61,454 nucleotides of DNA, taken from the NCBI GenBank assembly GCA_000320545.1, contig ADNK01002097.1:1-61454 (forward strand), read 5' to 3'. The translations under genes were made by a program, and so were the position numbers. The DNA comes from Bigelowiella natans CCMP2755 (lineage: Eukaryota > Protista > Cercozoa). Numbering within the stretch: the first letter of the stretch is position 1; each line of letters starts with the position of its first letter. The notes under the pieces are model-generated. The model was not told the origin of the DNA, ran no database searches, and worked only from the letters and a program-made list of their open reading frames with translations. Of the stretch, positions 17,241 through 30,339 are shown piece by piece.

Positions 17241-18719
17241 CCTTATTCTTCTCCTTGTTCCTTGCTCACAAAGTATCACTCACGTGCCGACCTCTTTCCC
17301 TATTATATTTGCCCGTATTGCAAATTACCAAGCAGCCTTTCTACCCACACCCCCTTGAACGGGTGAGGTATTCATTTTGCATGAAGTATGCGACGGTGCA
17401 GCGATGATTTCTATGTGGCAATGGAACCCAGTAGCTACGATAGCGCTCATCATTTCCGGCAAGCCGGCGTCATGGATGTGCGCATTTACTTGCTCGTCGA
17501 GATGGATTTGGTTGTCGCTTTAGGATATTGTCCTGTATTGATATCTCATCGATATATGACCATAGAAATGATGTCGTTAAATATGTTTATCCTGTGTTAG
17601 ATCTATCTTTACGGTTCTAATTCATTTTCTTGTCGGCACATGTGTAAATTAAAAAAGCGGCCTCCGCTTGAGGCAACAAAGTCCGGCCCACCAATGCGGA
17701 GAGCTGCAGCAATGGGCACGCAATCTCCTTCACTGCCGACCCATTTGAAGGAGAATCCCACCGTCCTTTCTCCTTAGTTAGCTTGACTTAAATTTGGAAA
17801 ATGAATTCTGATTAATTTGAAGATGGAATGACAACGGTACACTACTACTACTACTCCAATCGAACATAATAACACAAAAACATATGGCGGTAATATCCAC
17901 AGATCGTGAACAACTCTTGCATAGATCTGTCTACATTTCGCCGAGATAAATTCATGCTTTACAACCATGGCGAGATACCATTCTCATCATGGCCTCTGGC
18001 AAGAGATATTTCCTCCTCCTTACCTTTTTTGTGAAGGACTTTGGTTAAAATTCGCCGTGATGATCCATCATAAATGACAAGCATATGTCCGAATATCACC
18101 GCCTTTGCGTTGCTGGAGTATGTTGACAAAAACCCATATGTCTGAGCGTCTGCCTGCCAAATATATGTTAGTCAGTAAGCACTCAATATTCTAAAGTCCC
18201 TCATAATCAATCAGTTGCGTGATGCTCCATAATTAAGGCCCGGTTGCTTATTATGAGGTGGAATAACCTCATTTGAATGCCCAGTAATTGTGCATGAATA
18301 CTTACGTAAGCATTGTAAGTAAAACCCTCGTGTTGACTAATGATATATGAGGACCAAATCAATGCAAGAAAAAATTGCAGCAGTGAGTACACCGCATCCA
18401 ATTTTCATTGAGGAATGCGGATTGGCCATTGCTACATGTGAGGAAGCATAGTCTACTTTGGCTCCGAAAATAAGATATAAATATTTTTCAGATTATTCCA
18501 GTGTATCGAATTGCTGGATTCTCATGCAATGTCTCGGGCATCGGTGGTATTCAAAGTGCGCCACGTTATTGCCCAATCAATAACGCCCTGTTCAAGATTA
18601 TATCTGTAGAGCCGTATCCGGAAAATTCGCACAAAAAGGTGGATAAATACGAGTAGAGACTCCTGCTTTGCAAATTTATGTAGGATAAATTATAACGTTT
18701 GCATTGTACTTACACGTTC

Positions 18720-18765
18720 TAGACGTTGGCTGGCGTACGATATGTGGCATGCAAGCATACATATA

Positions 18766-18810
<45 letters not shown>

Positions 18811-19560
18811 TTAAATACATTTTTGCCGATGACCGACGTACGAATCGCGTACGATTCGCATATGCATTAGCGCAGTACTTGCAGATCTAGTGTATTCCAT
18901 ACATATTTCGATCGATGCTCGCATAGCCACGGCATGCCTGATACGACAGACTATGGCGGGGCAGTACGATAAGTCGTTCAGCTACGCAGCGGGTGGTGCT
19001 GATACCTCTAAATCTATTTGACGCCGCTAGCGTATCGTAGCACGGCATGTCTGCTAGCTAGGTATATGTGCAGTATGCTAGTCTGCTACTTTTGTACGTG
19101 TAATGTGTGCGATCGATGCCATCGGCGATCCGATATAACGATCGAATAACTAGCGAGCGTACTAGCGAATGCTACGTAATGAACACATGTTATATATGTG
19201 CATGCCGTACTAAACATGTCTACAATGCTTGGTGCTGCATAGCTGTTGTAGCTGTCCGTGCGCAACAAATAACATGATCGAAACGGTATCAAAAGTAGAA
19301 TGGAAGCACAACATCTCCAGATATATGGGAACATGAACCAAATTGACGCCGCACATTCGTGGCGCTACGATGCATGTACCTACGTGCGATGCACTATGCC
19401 TTCGTTGTGCACGAATGTAACCCTAATGTACACATAACATGGCATAGTAGCAGTGTCTAGAAGGTATATGTGTTGAAACTACAAAACAATAGAGATAATG
19501 CAGAGTAGGTCTATTGCGTGTAATATACACTTGAGCGATGGTAATGAGAACGCTATAATG
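18720..19560. repeat. Decayed intergenic island containing an (AT)n tract
   Basis: (AT)n at ~18769-18806 followed by palindrome-rich sequence (CGTACGAATCGCGTACGATTCG, CGATCGATG, GCTAGCTAG). Lies directly downstream of the F-box gene 3' end. Confidence 0.5.
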
Positions 19561-19606
19561 CAGTTCTCTCCCCCAAACTGTTTTTATTCTGGCATATGGT
19601 ACATCA

Positions 19607-21998
19607 TCATCTTGCCTCGTTCTTCGAACCATTATCGTCAAAACTTCTTCTTCGGTAATTAACAATAAACGCATCATTGCTACTACTACTGGTGCCGGCA
19701 GCAGCAGTTGGGGTCCGAGAAGATTCTTTTACATCCTTCTGATGAAGCGATGATGATGATGATGATGGCGATGACCATGATGACGACATTGACGAATATA
19801 ATCCTAATTTTGGGGTAGCAAGAAAGCGTGAATCTAGCGCTTCTGATTTAGATGGACACGGAGAAGTTGTAGAATTTGCAAAACGAAGATCTTGCTTTTG
19901 ACACCGCTGATTTCTTTGTTTACCACGTCCCATGCCACCACTAATTTCAGTTTTATTACCACCAACACCGGTGTCAATAGCAATGGTAACAGTAGAACGT
20001 TCTCTTTGACCTCCCTGCTCCCTGGATGTAGAAGAAGGCCCACTTATCTCCTACGGAAATAGCTTGCGTTAAATAGCGAGAAGGGTGTTAAAATATGAAA
20101 ATGGTGGAATACCTCTTTGATTGTAAGAACGAGTTCTTTCCGAGGTCTAATCAAGATATCTTGAGGATTGGCTTTGTGGTTACTCTTAATGTGTTTCCGG
20201 AGAAAAGCTTCGTATTGAGTACGGAATCCACAGCTTGTAGAAGCAAAAATATGAAACCACTCATTACATTTTTTAAGGTAAACGTCGTATTACTTATTCA
20301 TTATCATTAGGACTATTATTATCACCACAATCAACATCATTGTTGTCTTACCCTGGAATCGGACAACTATTCTTCATGAGATATTCCCGTCCTGTGCTAG
20401 GATTAAGCTGAAAAATCAGCACCAAACCACCGCCAGTACGATGACAGACAACGTCGTCACCAATTATTTGATGAAATGACATAAATCACTTCTAGTATTT
20501 CTATACTATTCAACGCAACGTTCTATGGCAGGAATTATTATAAGCTGAATTGTTTCGAACGTCGTGAAACATGCGGAGATTAAACTTAATTACTCCGGGA
20601 AAATTCTTGAAAATGGATTATATCACCTCGTGTAATTTGTTATGATTCTCAAGGCTTTCTTTGGACTTGAAAGCGTAGGAGCACGTGCAATACTGACACA
20701 GGTAGATTTTACCTATAAATACCAAAAATGTTTTGAATTTTGCACTTTTTGCAAGCTATACTCAATTTTAGGGTTTTGGATGAAGGATCCCTATCGCTTT
20801 ATAAATCAGCCCTCAACATATTACATTGAACCACCTCTGCGAAATTCCTTCATTCTGGTCCTGTATATTATTCTCCAATCGTGCTTTCGAGCGCATGACT
20901 GAGGGCATCTTCCATGCCAAATCTATGATGATAATGATGATGATGATGATTGTGATGATGGTCGCTCGTGGTGGTAATTATAATATAATACAGGATATAT
21001 TGCTACCCTGCGAGAAAGATGTTTCCATATATATCCATCCTTTAGGTATAGGTCCATTCTCTTGGAGACCACACAGAGTGCCGCAACATCAAGAGGATAC
21101 CTGCGAATGGCAGCATGTGGAGAGAGAGGTGGTATATATGTGCTCTGGATTTAACAAAAAACAAATAAAAAGCCAGCAAGTGTACTTACATAAACGTTAT
21201 TATCTTTCTGTGAAGCTGGACGGGTAGCTGCTCAAGTTGAGAGGGACTGAAATTGAAAGTAGGTGGTGGAGGCTTTCTCTTCCTCCGCCTCTTCTTCTTT
21301 ATTTTACGCTTACTTCCCTTAGCAGTTTTCATCTTCTTCGTCTCATTTCTCCCCCTGCAATTGCTTCTTCTTCCTTTTCCATTGAAAGATCGAAGGGATC
21401 TATACCCGGGGGGGCAGATAGGAACGTCTTCGTCTTCGCTGGATGACGACATGATACTTGTTGAACTACTCGCCACTTGGATGCTGGAACGTATATTTGC
21501 CGCTTTCGTTTCCTTTTTACGGTTAGCAACCCCGAATGCTGGTCTTTGAAGCACATAAGAATGTGGCCTGTAGTTAGACTGTTGAGGGGGAATCCAGTTC
21601 CAAGACAAATCGGAGGAAGAGGAGGAGGAAGAGTAGGAGGAGGAAATTCTGGAGTCGAGTCTAGGCTGAGTTGAGAATCCTTGATGGAGAGTGGAACTTG
21701 TTACACTTGGCTGATTACCGACATTTACAGAAGAAGAAGATAACGATAGTGATGATATAGACCCTCTCGTTCCGTTTGTTGCCATAGAAGTAATTTGAGA
21801 AGAATGGGGAATTATGGCTGAAGAGGTGCGAGCAACTTTTGAAGTACGAATCATATATGGCTCCTCATTCTTTCGCTTTAAGAGCGTATTACTTCCATAG
21901 TTTGGGCCGCATCTGGGAGCTCCTTCTACTATGCCGCTGTTGATCATCACACTACCACCACCACTTTCTATTGACTGTTGATCTGCAGCGCTTTGTTG
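19607..21998 (-). CDS. F-box protein with C2H2 zinc fingers; start uncertain
   Basis: Splicing joins LEQLPVQLHRKIITFM to YPLDVAALCVVSKRMDLYLK (F-box), then DWRIIY, YLCQYCTCSYAFKSKESLENHNKLH and CPIPG/CGFRTQYEAFLRKHIKSNH (C2H2 fingers). Basic stretch KRKIKKKRRRKRK. Confidence 0.7.
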
Positions 21999-22527
21999 CT
22001 ATAAAGTAGTATAATAACCGTCACTCGGCTTTGAATGCTTAATGTACTGAATGGGCCAAGTTAGTCTACTCGTAGTAGGAAGGTATTTGTCTCTGCTGAG
22101 CGAACATAAGTCGCCCCCCCCCTCTTTCTTTCTTCTTGTACCCTTTCTTATTATTCTTGTTCTTGCATTATTGTCGTATGATGAGTTATGCAATTTATCC
22201 CTGCGACAACAAACAACAAAATGTAGTCTCGTAGTAGATCTAATCATCTAGTTGCTACTCTTCATATGTTGTCGCAGACTAAAAAGGAAGGACAAACGTT
22301 CATGCTGCATAAATCCAATAACATAATATTATCCTGATACGTACGAGCTAAAATATCTGTGGAAAATGAACAAATACAGGGGATTTTTACAACTTATCAT
22401 TATTCGCTGGGCTGTCGGCTGTGCGCGTGGCGCCTGGCTTCGAGTAGCGCCTGACTTCAATTGCACACTTTCTTCATTGCCCCTCATCTCCCATAATAAG
22501 AAGAAGAAAAAGAAGAAGGGGAAAACC

Positions 22528-23039
22528 ATGGGGGAGGAAAGTAAGCGAAAAAGGTGCTGTTTATTTATTACTATCGGTTAATATTTAATACGGACTACAT
22601 AGACAATATGTGTTGAGAGTTGGAACGAGTATGTAGTACTTATTGATTGTGTTTAGGGTTAAGATAACAAGGGAATCATAATGCTGTTGTTCAGTCCTTT
22701 CTCTACATAATATTCTGTGTTTGGAGTTATCAAAAAGAAATTATTATTAACCACCACCTATCTGAACATGTGCATGCACATACATAATACTTGGCATTAG
22801 GAATAGGCACAACATATGAACTCACAAGATCCTTTAGTGGTATATCAGCACACTCTCAGGTGTGGCTAGCATCATGCCTACTACACACATAGTATATGTT
22901 ATATCAGTAAAAGGTTGGCACTCTATGGATGATTGATTACACTTTGTCCATATAATGTTTTGTATTTCTCTTAAATCATATAACTATAGGAGGATTTGTT
23001 GAAAGAATCTACCCCCCTACTTCAGGTCATTTTTTAGTT

Positions 23040-23074
<35 letters not shown>

Positions 23075-23918
23075 CGTAGCAGTAGTCGTCATCGCGTCAT
23101 CATCATCGTCGAATAGTAGCAGCAGCAGCAGCAGTAGTAGTAATAGTAGTAAAGGCTGTATTTTACTATCATCTACATTTGTGTGGGGGGGTACATCTCA
23201 ATTACACTAAATCAATTGCACTATATACTAGAGCCAGAGGAAAACCCTCTTTGTAGGCTTGAGTATGCATGGGCTGGCCATTCTCGTTTGCGGTAGAAAT
23301 GATGATTCTATTATTATCGAAGAATAGAAGTAGTGTTGGTAACACAACTTCGTTAGATTGATGATGTGGCGAGTGATTTCCAACACAATTGAACATGATT
23401 CACTTTGAGTAAATGCGATGTGGAGTAGTATGGCTACCTCACACATATTGATTGATCGGGATATGGTTATTATTATGTCCGATGGGTGCCTGTTGTAGAT
23501 GCTATTTCAAACTTGCTGCTTATTGTGCTGTCTGATGGCTATAGTAGATGCAGTTATTTTACGATTATAGTAGAGATCACTGTTCTTGCACCTATATGAT
23601 CATTTAGAGAGTTAGCACAAATGTTTTGAATGCTAACTGCTTACCGTCAATAGTGATTGATATGAATACTGTTTTTATGTATTTCTTGCATAACAGCATG
23701 TCTAAGCTGCTTTGCTGGTGGGACAATGTATGCTTATGGTGTATGGGGCTCCTATCTCAAAGCAGATGCAAACTTGACACAAGTAGTGCAACTACTAGTA
23801 GTAATACCATGTCAGCAGCTTCATTCAGATAATAATGCAGGATCATATTTTATATATTGATCAAAGATTGTGTGGTGGTGGTGGTGGTGGTAGTTTACAT
23901 TGCACTAAGCAACTGATT

Positions 23919-23954
<36 letters not shown>

Positions 23955-24075
23955 ATCGTTATTATTCGTAAATAGATTCAAACCAACGTGCTTGCAGGCC
24001 TTTTATTCTCTGGAGGCTCTTTCCTCACGAAGCCAATATTAGATCACGTGCAAGTATCAATTCGATGGGCGGCGG

Positions 24076-24110
<35 letters not shown>

Positions 24111-24293
24111 GGGAATGGATGAATAAATAAATCAATCAATCAATCGACGCCACCAGCAATATTGTATATGATACATGAATTGTTGTACTATAGTCGTCAT
24201 TGCTCCATGATAAGGCGTGCGTTGTGTTTTACTCTTGGTTGCTGCTTTAGTCTGAAAATGATTACGACGTGTGTTGTACGTGCTAATCGTGTG

Positions 24294-24326
<33 letters not shown>

Positions 24327-25280
24327 ATAATGATGATGATGATAATGATGTGTATGTTATGTCTATTATCTAGATTGTTCCTGGTCTTGCAGGTGCCATG
24401 GCCTACTTGTTGCTGGGACTACTACCGATAGAGTCAGTATTAGTACTACTACTAGTGCGCTGTATGTAATACAAAGGAGGAGGAGGAGAAGGAGGAGGAG
24501 GAGGAGGAGGAGGAGGAGGAGTAGCACTGTAAAGTCATGCAGGATGCAGGATACGATACACATACCACCCATGCACTGTAAAGTCATGCAGGATACGATA
24601 CACACACCACCCATCATTGCTATTTCTCCTCTCATTACCATCATCGTCATCTTCATCATCAGGTATTTGACGATGAACGTCCTAGTGGTACTGATGTGTG
24701 TAGTTGGTTACTCGGTCATGGGTCTCTTCATCGCCGGAGTGCAAGCAATACAATATGTGTGTAAAAAGGATGGATTTAACTTCAATGTTGGCACTGCGGT
24801 ACGTATAATACGTACTACTACAACATTATTCCTCCTTCTATTTCTACTATACTGCTACTACTACTACAACATTATTCCTCCTTCTATTTCTACTATACTG
24901 CTACTACTACTACAACATTATTCCTCCTTCTATTTCTACTATACTGCTACTACTACTACAACATTATTCCTCCTTCTATTTCTACTATACTGCTACTACT
25001 ACTACAACATTATTCCTCCTTCTATTTCTACTATACTGCTACTACTACGGTAGATGTTGATGATGAACCCTTTTTATGCTTCAACTTTCTTCTTTTATTT
25101 TTATCATCGTACTATCACTGGCTCACATGATGATTATGAAATATTAGTGTCCTATATCTTCCTTCTTCTTCTTCTTCTTCCTCCTCCTCCTCCTCCTCCT
25201 CCTCATTATTCTTAGATTGCTCAAACATCATATGGTATTGGGTGCATGGTATGGATTGGATTACTCAAATTGACAGGTAG

Positions 25281-25345
<65 letters not shown>

Positions 25346-25387
25346 GTGAGTATAAACAAGAGAAGAGTAGTAGAGGAGATATAGAAG

Positions 25388-25419
<32 letters not shown>

Positions 25420-26106
25420 GTGCGTGTTGGTTTATCTTTGACTGAATTTAATAAAAATAATTAGGGTCTGAATGGCGTTGGTTCTGCCTTTTAATTGTAC
25501 TTCCAACTGCTCTCATTGGTATATTTGCCGGTATCGTATACCCAACAACCTATCAGGTACGACATTGTTGCTGTTATTGTTGTTATTGTTGTTGCTACCA
25601 TTCTTGATAATGCACACACTACTATCATCATTTACACTACACTACTATCATCGCTTACACTTCACAAAATTATGCGACAAATACAGTAATCAATCATTTT
25701 AAAGCATAATTAATTCAATGAATGAACAAACGATGATAGTTAATATAAGAATATTTCCTTCTTCTTCGTCTCCTCCTCCTCCTCCTCCTCCTCCTCCTCC
25801 TCCTCCTTATCTTCCTAGGTTGAGTCGGTTTATCACACCAAGTCAACTCCTCCTAACAACAACAATGATATTTCTCGATATGGTGGTACTGGTGGAGGGA
25901 ATGATGATGATGAGGAGGATGGGGAGGAGGAAAAACAAAACGGTGGTAGTATTGCCAACCCCTCGAAAGTGGTGAGCACGCAGCAATATGGAAGGAGGAA
26001 GAAGAAGAAAGGAGGGAAAGTCTCTTCGAGCACCGCTGCTGTCAAATGTGTTCTTTTGCCCCTGATCCTACTTCTTTACCTCATTTGGTATTATCATTAG
26101 TAACAG

Positions 26107-26137
<31 letters not shown>

Positions 26138-26503
26138 TTTACTGTTATTGTTATCATCATCATATCCCAATGAATTCAAGAATTCTTTGAGTTGTGAGTA
26201 CAGCTTGGTGTTGGGAAGTAGTGACAGCATTGGGATTTATGCTGCTGGTGCTGGTGCTACTATCATCATCATCATCACCATCATCATTACTATTACTATT
26301 TATCGAGGTACGGCTCAGCAATCGCCTTGGAATCCAACTCAGGCACTATCATGGAATCGATTGGTATGATGATGATGATGATGATGATGATGATGTACTT
26401 GTGTATTCTATTCATACTAATAATATCGGCATGATCATCATGCTTTACAGGTGCTGGAGAGGATGCTTTTCTGCTTGTGATGGGGTAGTAGTAGTAATAG
26501 TAA

Positions 26504-26535
<32 letters not shown>

Positions 26536-27912
26536 TCAGTAGCAACAGTTGTATATTATCTATTTGCTACTCCTGAGAAGAAGAAGATGATGATGATCAT
26601 CATGAGTAGAGTAGTACTAAAAGACTGGTTGGTCCGAAGTATGAGGAGGAAGCAGTATTGATATATGCAGTCTTTCTTTCTTAAACGAATAATAGGAGGA
26701 AGCTGTATTCATATGCTCTTTCTTTCTTATACGAATAACTCGTAAGTAGTAGATGTGTCATTGAGAATGCTGATGGTGTTGTGCTACTACTACATGTAAT
26801 GGTACTAATACACATATTGTGTTGTTTGTGTTGCCCATAGATTTGGAGTGGGGCAGACTCTGGGTCGTTTATCCTCTTTGTTCTTCGCACTCTGGTATTA
26901 GCAGCAGCAGTAGTAGTAGTAGTAGTGGTAGTAGTATATGATGCCCATCATCAATCAATCATCTCGTGATAGTGATGTGAATAAATGGTGATGATCATGA
27001 TGATAAAGTGAAATAAGGCTACGCAGAAACCATCATACATACAAAACGACGTCTTCGTATATCTGCGAAATAGCAGTGCATAATGCATATCCTTTCCGTG
27101 TACTAACTGTGCGTGCGTGTGCGTGTAAGACTCCGGATACTATACTACGTGAAGGACGTTGCATGTTAAAATTGGATGATGATAATAATAATGATGATGA
27201 TAATGTTAAAATTTGATGATGATAATATAATGATGATGATGATGATGATGACAATGACCAGACGCCAACATGTGTTTAGCACCCAAATCGTCCTAGTATA
27301 TGGCTGCTGTATGCTTATGCGTCGTGTGATCATTTTCTTGACCCTGCTCACACACAGTTTGAAGAGATACTACTACATGTTTCCAGATGATCCTCACTGT
27401 ACTGATAGCAATAGTAGTAGTAGTAGTAGTAGTAGTAGTATTAATAATAATACTGTTGTAGGGCACGTGCAGGCAATGAAGATTTGGATAGTTCAGGAAG
27501 AAGGTAAGTTATTGGATAAGATCCACAGGATGATGATGATGCTGAGGAGGAGGAGGAGGAGGAAGATATTATAATGCTACTATGTATTGCAAGAAAGACA
27601 TTCTTGTCATCATCATCATCATCACCACCACCACCACTATATAACTTGTTTATACGCACTAACAACAACAACAAGTAGAAGAAAAAGAAGAAGAACAACA
27701 ACAACAACACCGATGAGCCTCATCCTCCTCTTCCTCCTCCTCCTCCTCCTCCTCCCCCTTTGTACTACCTGTTCTTCTTCTCCTCTTATTTCATCCTTAA
27801 AGAAATTTATGAGCTACATCAATTATACCAGTTGTGATATTGTCTTTTCTCTTTCTCCTCCCCCTCCTCTTTTCCTTTTAATTGACGATGGTTTGTTTGT
27901 TTTGCGATTATC

Positions 27913-27948
<36 letters not shown>

Positions 27949-28007
27949 ATTACAGGCTATTGGTTCAGCCAATCGTTGGCACGTTCTTGCTCTTCACTAT
28001 ACACATG

Positions 28008-28038
<31 letters not shown>

Positions 28039-29001
28039 GAATAATTACCACCATCACCAATTCGAGAGGTTTAAAGAGGGGGAGAAAATGATAAGTACAA
28101 AGGATATCAATATTGGATATGGGTGCGAGTAGATGGCGAGCGGATGACGTTATATTTTGCAGATGTAGAAAGTGAGCAAACTAGCTATTATGAGATTTCT
28201 CCCTCCTCCTCCTTCGCCAAGAGTGACATGAACGACATAGAAGTAGTATTAACAATCCTATTCTACTTCACATATAAAGAAAATCATTATCATAAAACTT
28301 GCATGCAGGTATGCCAGCTTTGGGCCCTCAACCCCATGGTAAAATTCATGTAGTAGTAACAACATTTTCTGATGATAAGATAGGAATATTGTCAAAATAC
28401 AGTCGCCTCCTTCTTCTCCTTCTTCAATTAGTGTATACGAACACCACGGACTGATGTCCTCCTCCTTCTCCTCCTCCTCCTCCTTCTCTTTTCAAAATAG
28501 GGTGGCAACTATGGTAATAACGTTATCTGGAATACCATACGGAATGTCCTGGACGTCATTGTTTCACACGATAGATGCTGTTTTCTCAAGCAGCACTCTA
28601 AGTACCACTCTTGGAATGGCCTTCGGACCTGGCTTAGGTAATACTAATATTACGTAGTTAATAATAACTTTTTGGCCTCCTGCGATGGTATTCATTGTTT
28701 TTATCATAAAATCATCATTATCATCATCATTGCAGGGCCACTCCTTATGAATGGTGTCGTCGGCTTTCTCTACGAAGCTCAAATAATGGAGCAGAATCAC
28801 AATCATCATCATCATCATGATGAAAATGCAGCAGCTACTACTAGCAGCACGACATGTCTTGGGTCTCATTGCTACGCTACATCATATTATGCGTTCTTAT
28901 GTTGTGATTTCGTGGCGTTCCTATTAGCTGTCACTTTATACTGGCTCAGTAAACGCGTTGTTCTTCCGGTAAAACTACTTTCTTCATCATCCTACTCGTA
29001 G
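22528..29001 (+). CDS. MFS transporter, nodulin-like / NFD4 / MCH1 family, with many microsatellite-rich introns; start uncertain
   Basis: Hydrophobic exons (LAGLLFSGGSF, IVPGLAGAMAYLLLG, LVVLMCVVGYSVMGLFIAG, VITLSGIPYGMSWT) and a terminal exon GPLLMNGVVGFLYEAQ...TCLGSHCYATSYYAFL carrying the GxLYD/E...CxGxxCY/F family signature. Confidence 0.7.
24813..25048 (+). repeat. Intronic minisatellite, 46-bp unit x ~5
   Basis: Unit aacattattcctccttctatttctactatactgctactactactac starts at 24822, 24868, 24914, 24960 and 25006. Confidence 0.95.
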
Positions 29002-29399
29002 TATTATTCACTCATTTTGAGGATCTTAGAATTGTCATTGTCAACATCTTCCATGATACCATACATGGTGTCGATCTTGAGTGAAATACTAAAAGGATGA
29101 GGTTACATTTTAGAAGACTGTCAGAAAATAATATGTAAATAACAAAGATACTGAAACATATTCTTTGGGATAATTATTAATATTGATGATATGGAAAAAA
29201 TGTATTAACGTGTGGACACGTCATAGATCTATGTTGAGCATATTCTGACAGGCATGCATAAATCAATAAGGTGGTGAAAGCTGGAAAAGGCAATGAAGAG
29301 ATTGCAGCAGCACTTTAAACCCTATGATGAGTAGTAATAGTACTTTCAAGTTTTAGAATGGCAGATTCATCAGCAGGTATCATCGACTGCAACATGTAA

Positions 29400-30137
29400 T
29401 CAGTCTCTACAGGACATGGGCGCACACCTTTGGCTTGTAGTTTGTTCAAAACCATTGCAGTAAATTGTTTGCACATGTATCAGCATCAAATTTTCACACA
29501 TGAATCTGCACACGCACTCATCCAATGTGCATGTGTCACACGTTACATGCGTGTTCTTCACGTGCGTGTTCTCAACGATAAAAGCAAGAGTGTGCCCCAC
29601 CATCCAAGTGCTTGGTGCACATGATCACATTGCGTTTGCAATTGTGTGAACCCGTCGTCTGCATTTGCATTGAGGCACCGTCAGTTAGCTGTGTCGTAGC
29701 ACGGTCCACAATCTTGCATGCATTTGCAACTGCTCACATGCTCTAGTGCTAGAGATCGATGCACTGAAGTGCACTTGGTCACCAGTGCTGGGCGCCGTTG
29801 TGTCGTGGACGCGTCAATTGTTGGCGCTTGGCTGCATGGCCACGATGTTCGAAAATGTGTGGGGGTGCATGCAGGAACCGTCGATTGCGAGTTGTCAATG
29901 CATGGTGAACACACACGTTGCATTCAGCATGAACAATGAACGAATCGAAGTGCACACAATGCACGCATGCATGCGGTGCGAGATCGAGGGGATCATCAGA
30001 AAGAAGGAAGACAGAAGGAAAGAAGTTGTTCGGAGCGGTTGCGTTGGAAGGATCATGGAGGGAAAATTCCAAGAAATCCAAAATCAATCTCCGGAAGACA
30101 TGCACGTGCACACACTTGGAATGTGAGAAAGGGAAAA
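29400..30137. repeat. TpA-depleted island (probable TE relic)
   Basis: No TA dinucleotide at 29752-30137 by manual count; CA/TG-rich; many overlapping Cys/His-rich spurious ORFs. Confidence 0.65.
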
Positions 30138-30339
30138 TATTTCGATTTTTGAACCCGATTAATTAATTTTAGTTAGGATTCTCGAATCGTGTTCTCTAAG
30201 CACAAAAAAGGATCAAATCCAATCTCTTGAGTAGGTACATGAGCTTCCTAAACGGCCTGCGTTTTCACTAAAAATAGACGAGTTTTGTTCAAAACTGCCA
30301 TGCGTTTTGTTTTGCTGGGTTTGATCAATCAAGAGCACA

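Noticed and set aside
17380-18700. Possible additional spliced gene (plus-strand blocks such as IVNNSCIDLSTFRRDKFML and IIPVYRIAGFSCNV)
   Set aside because: Could not build a consistent model, fix the strand or recognise a family.
24813-25048. Regular 46-bp repeat as a CRISPR array
   Set aside because: Head-to-tail identical units with no unique spacers, inside a eukaryotic intron; it is a minisatellite.
29400-30166. Overlapping Cys/His-rich ORFs as real metal-binding proteins (also 34288-35832 and 51894-52221)
   Set aside because: They are a by-product of TpA loss: no TAA/TAG stops and an excess of TGY/CAY codons in all frames.
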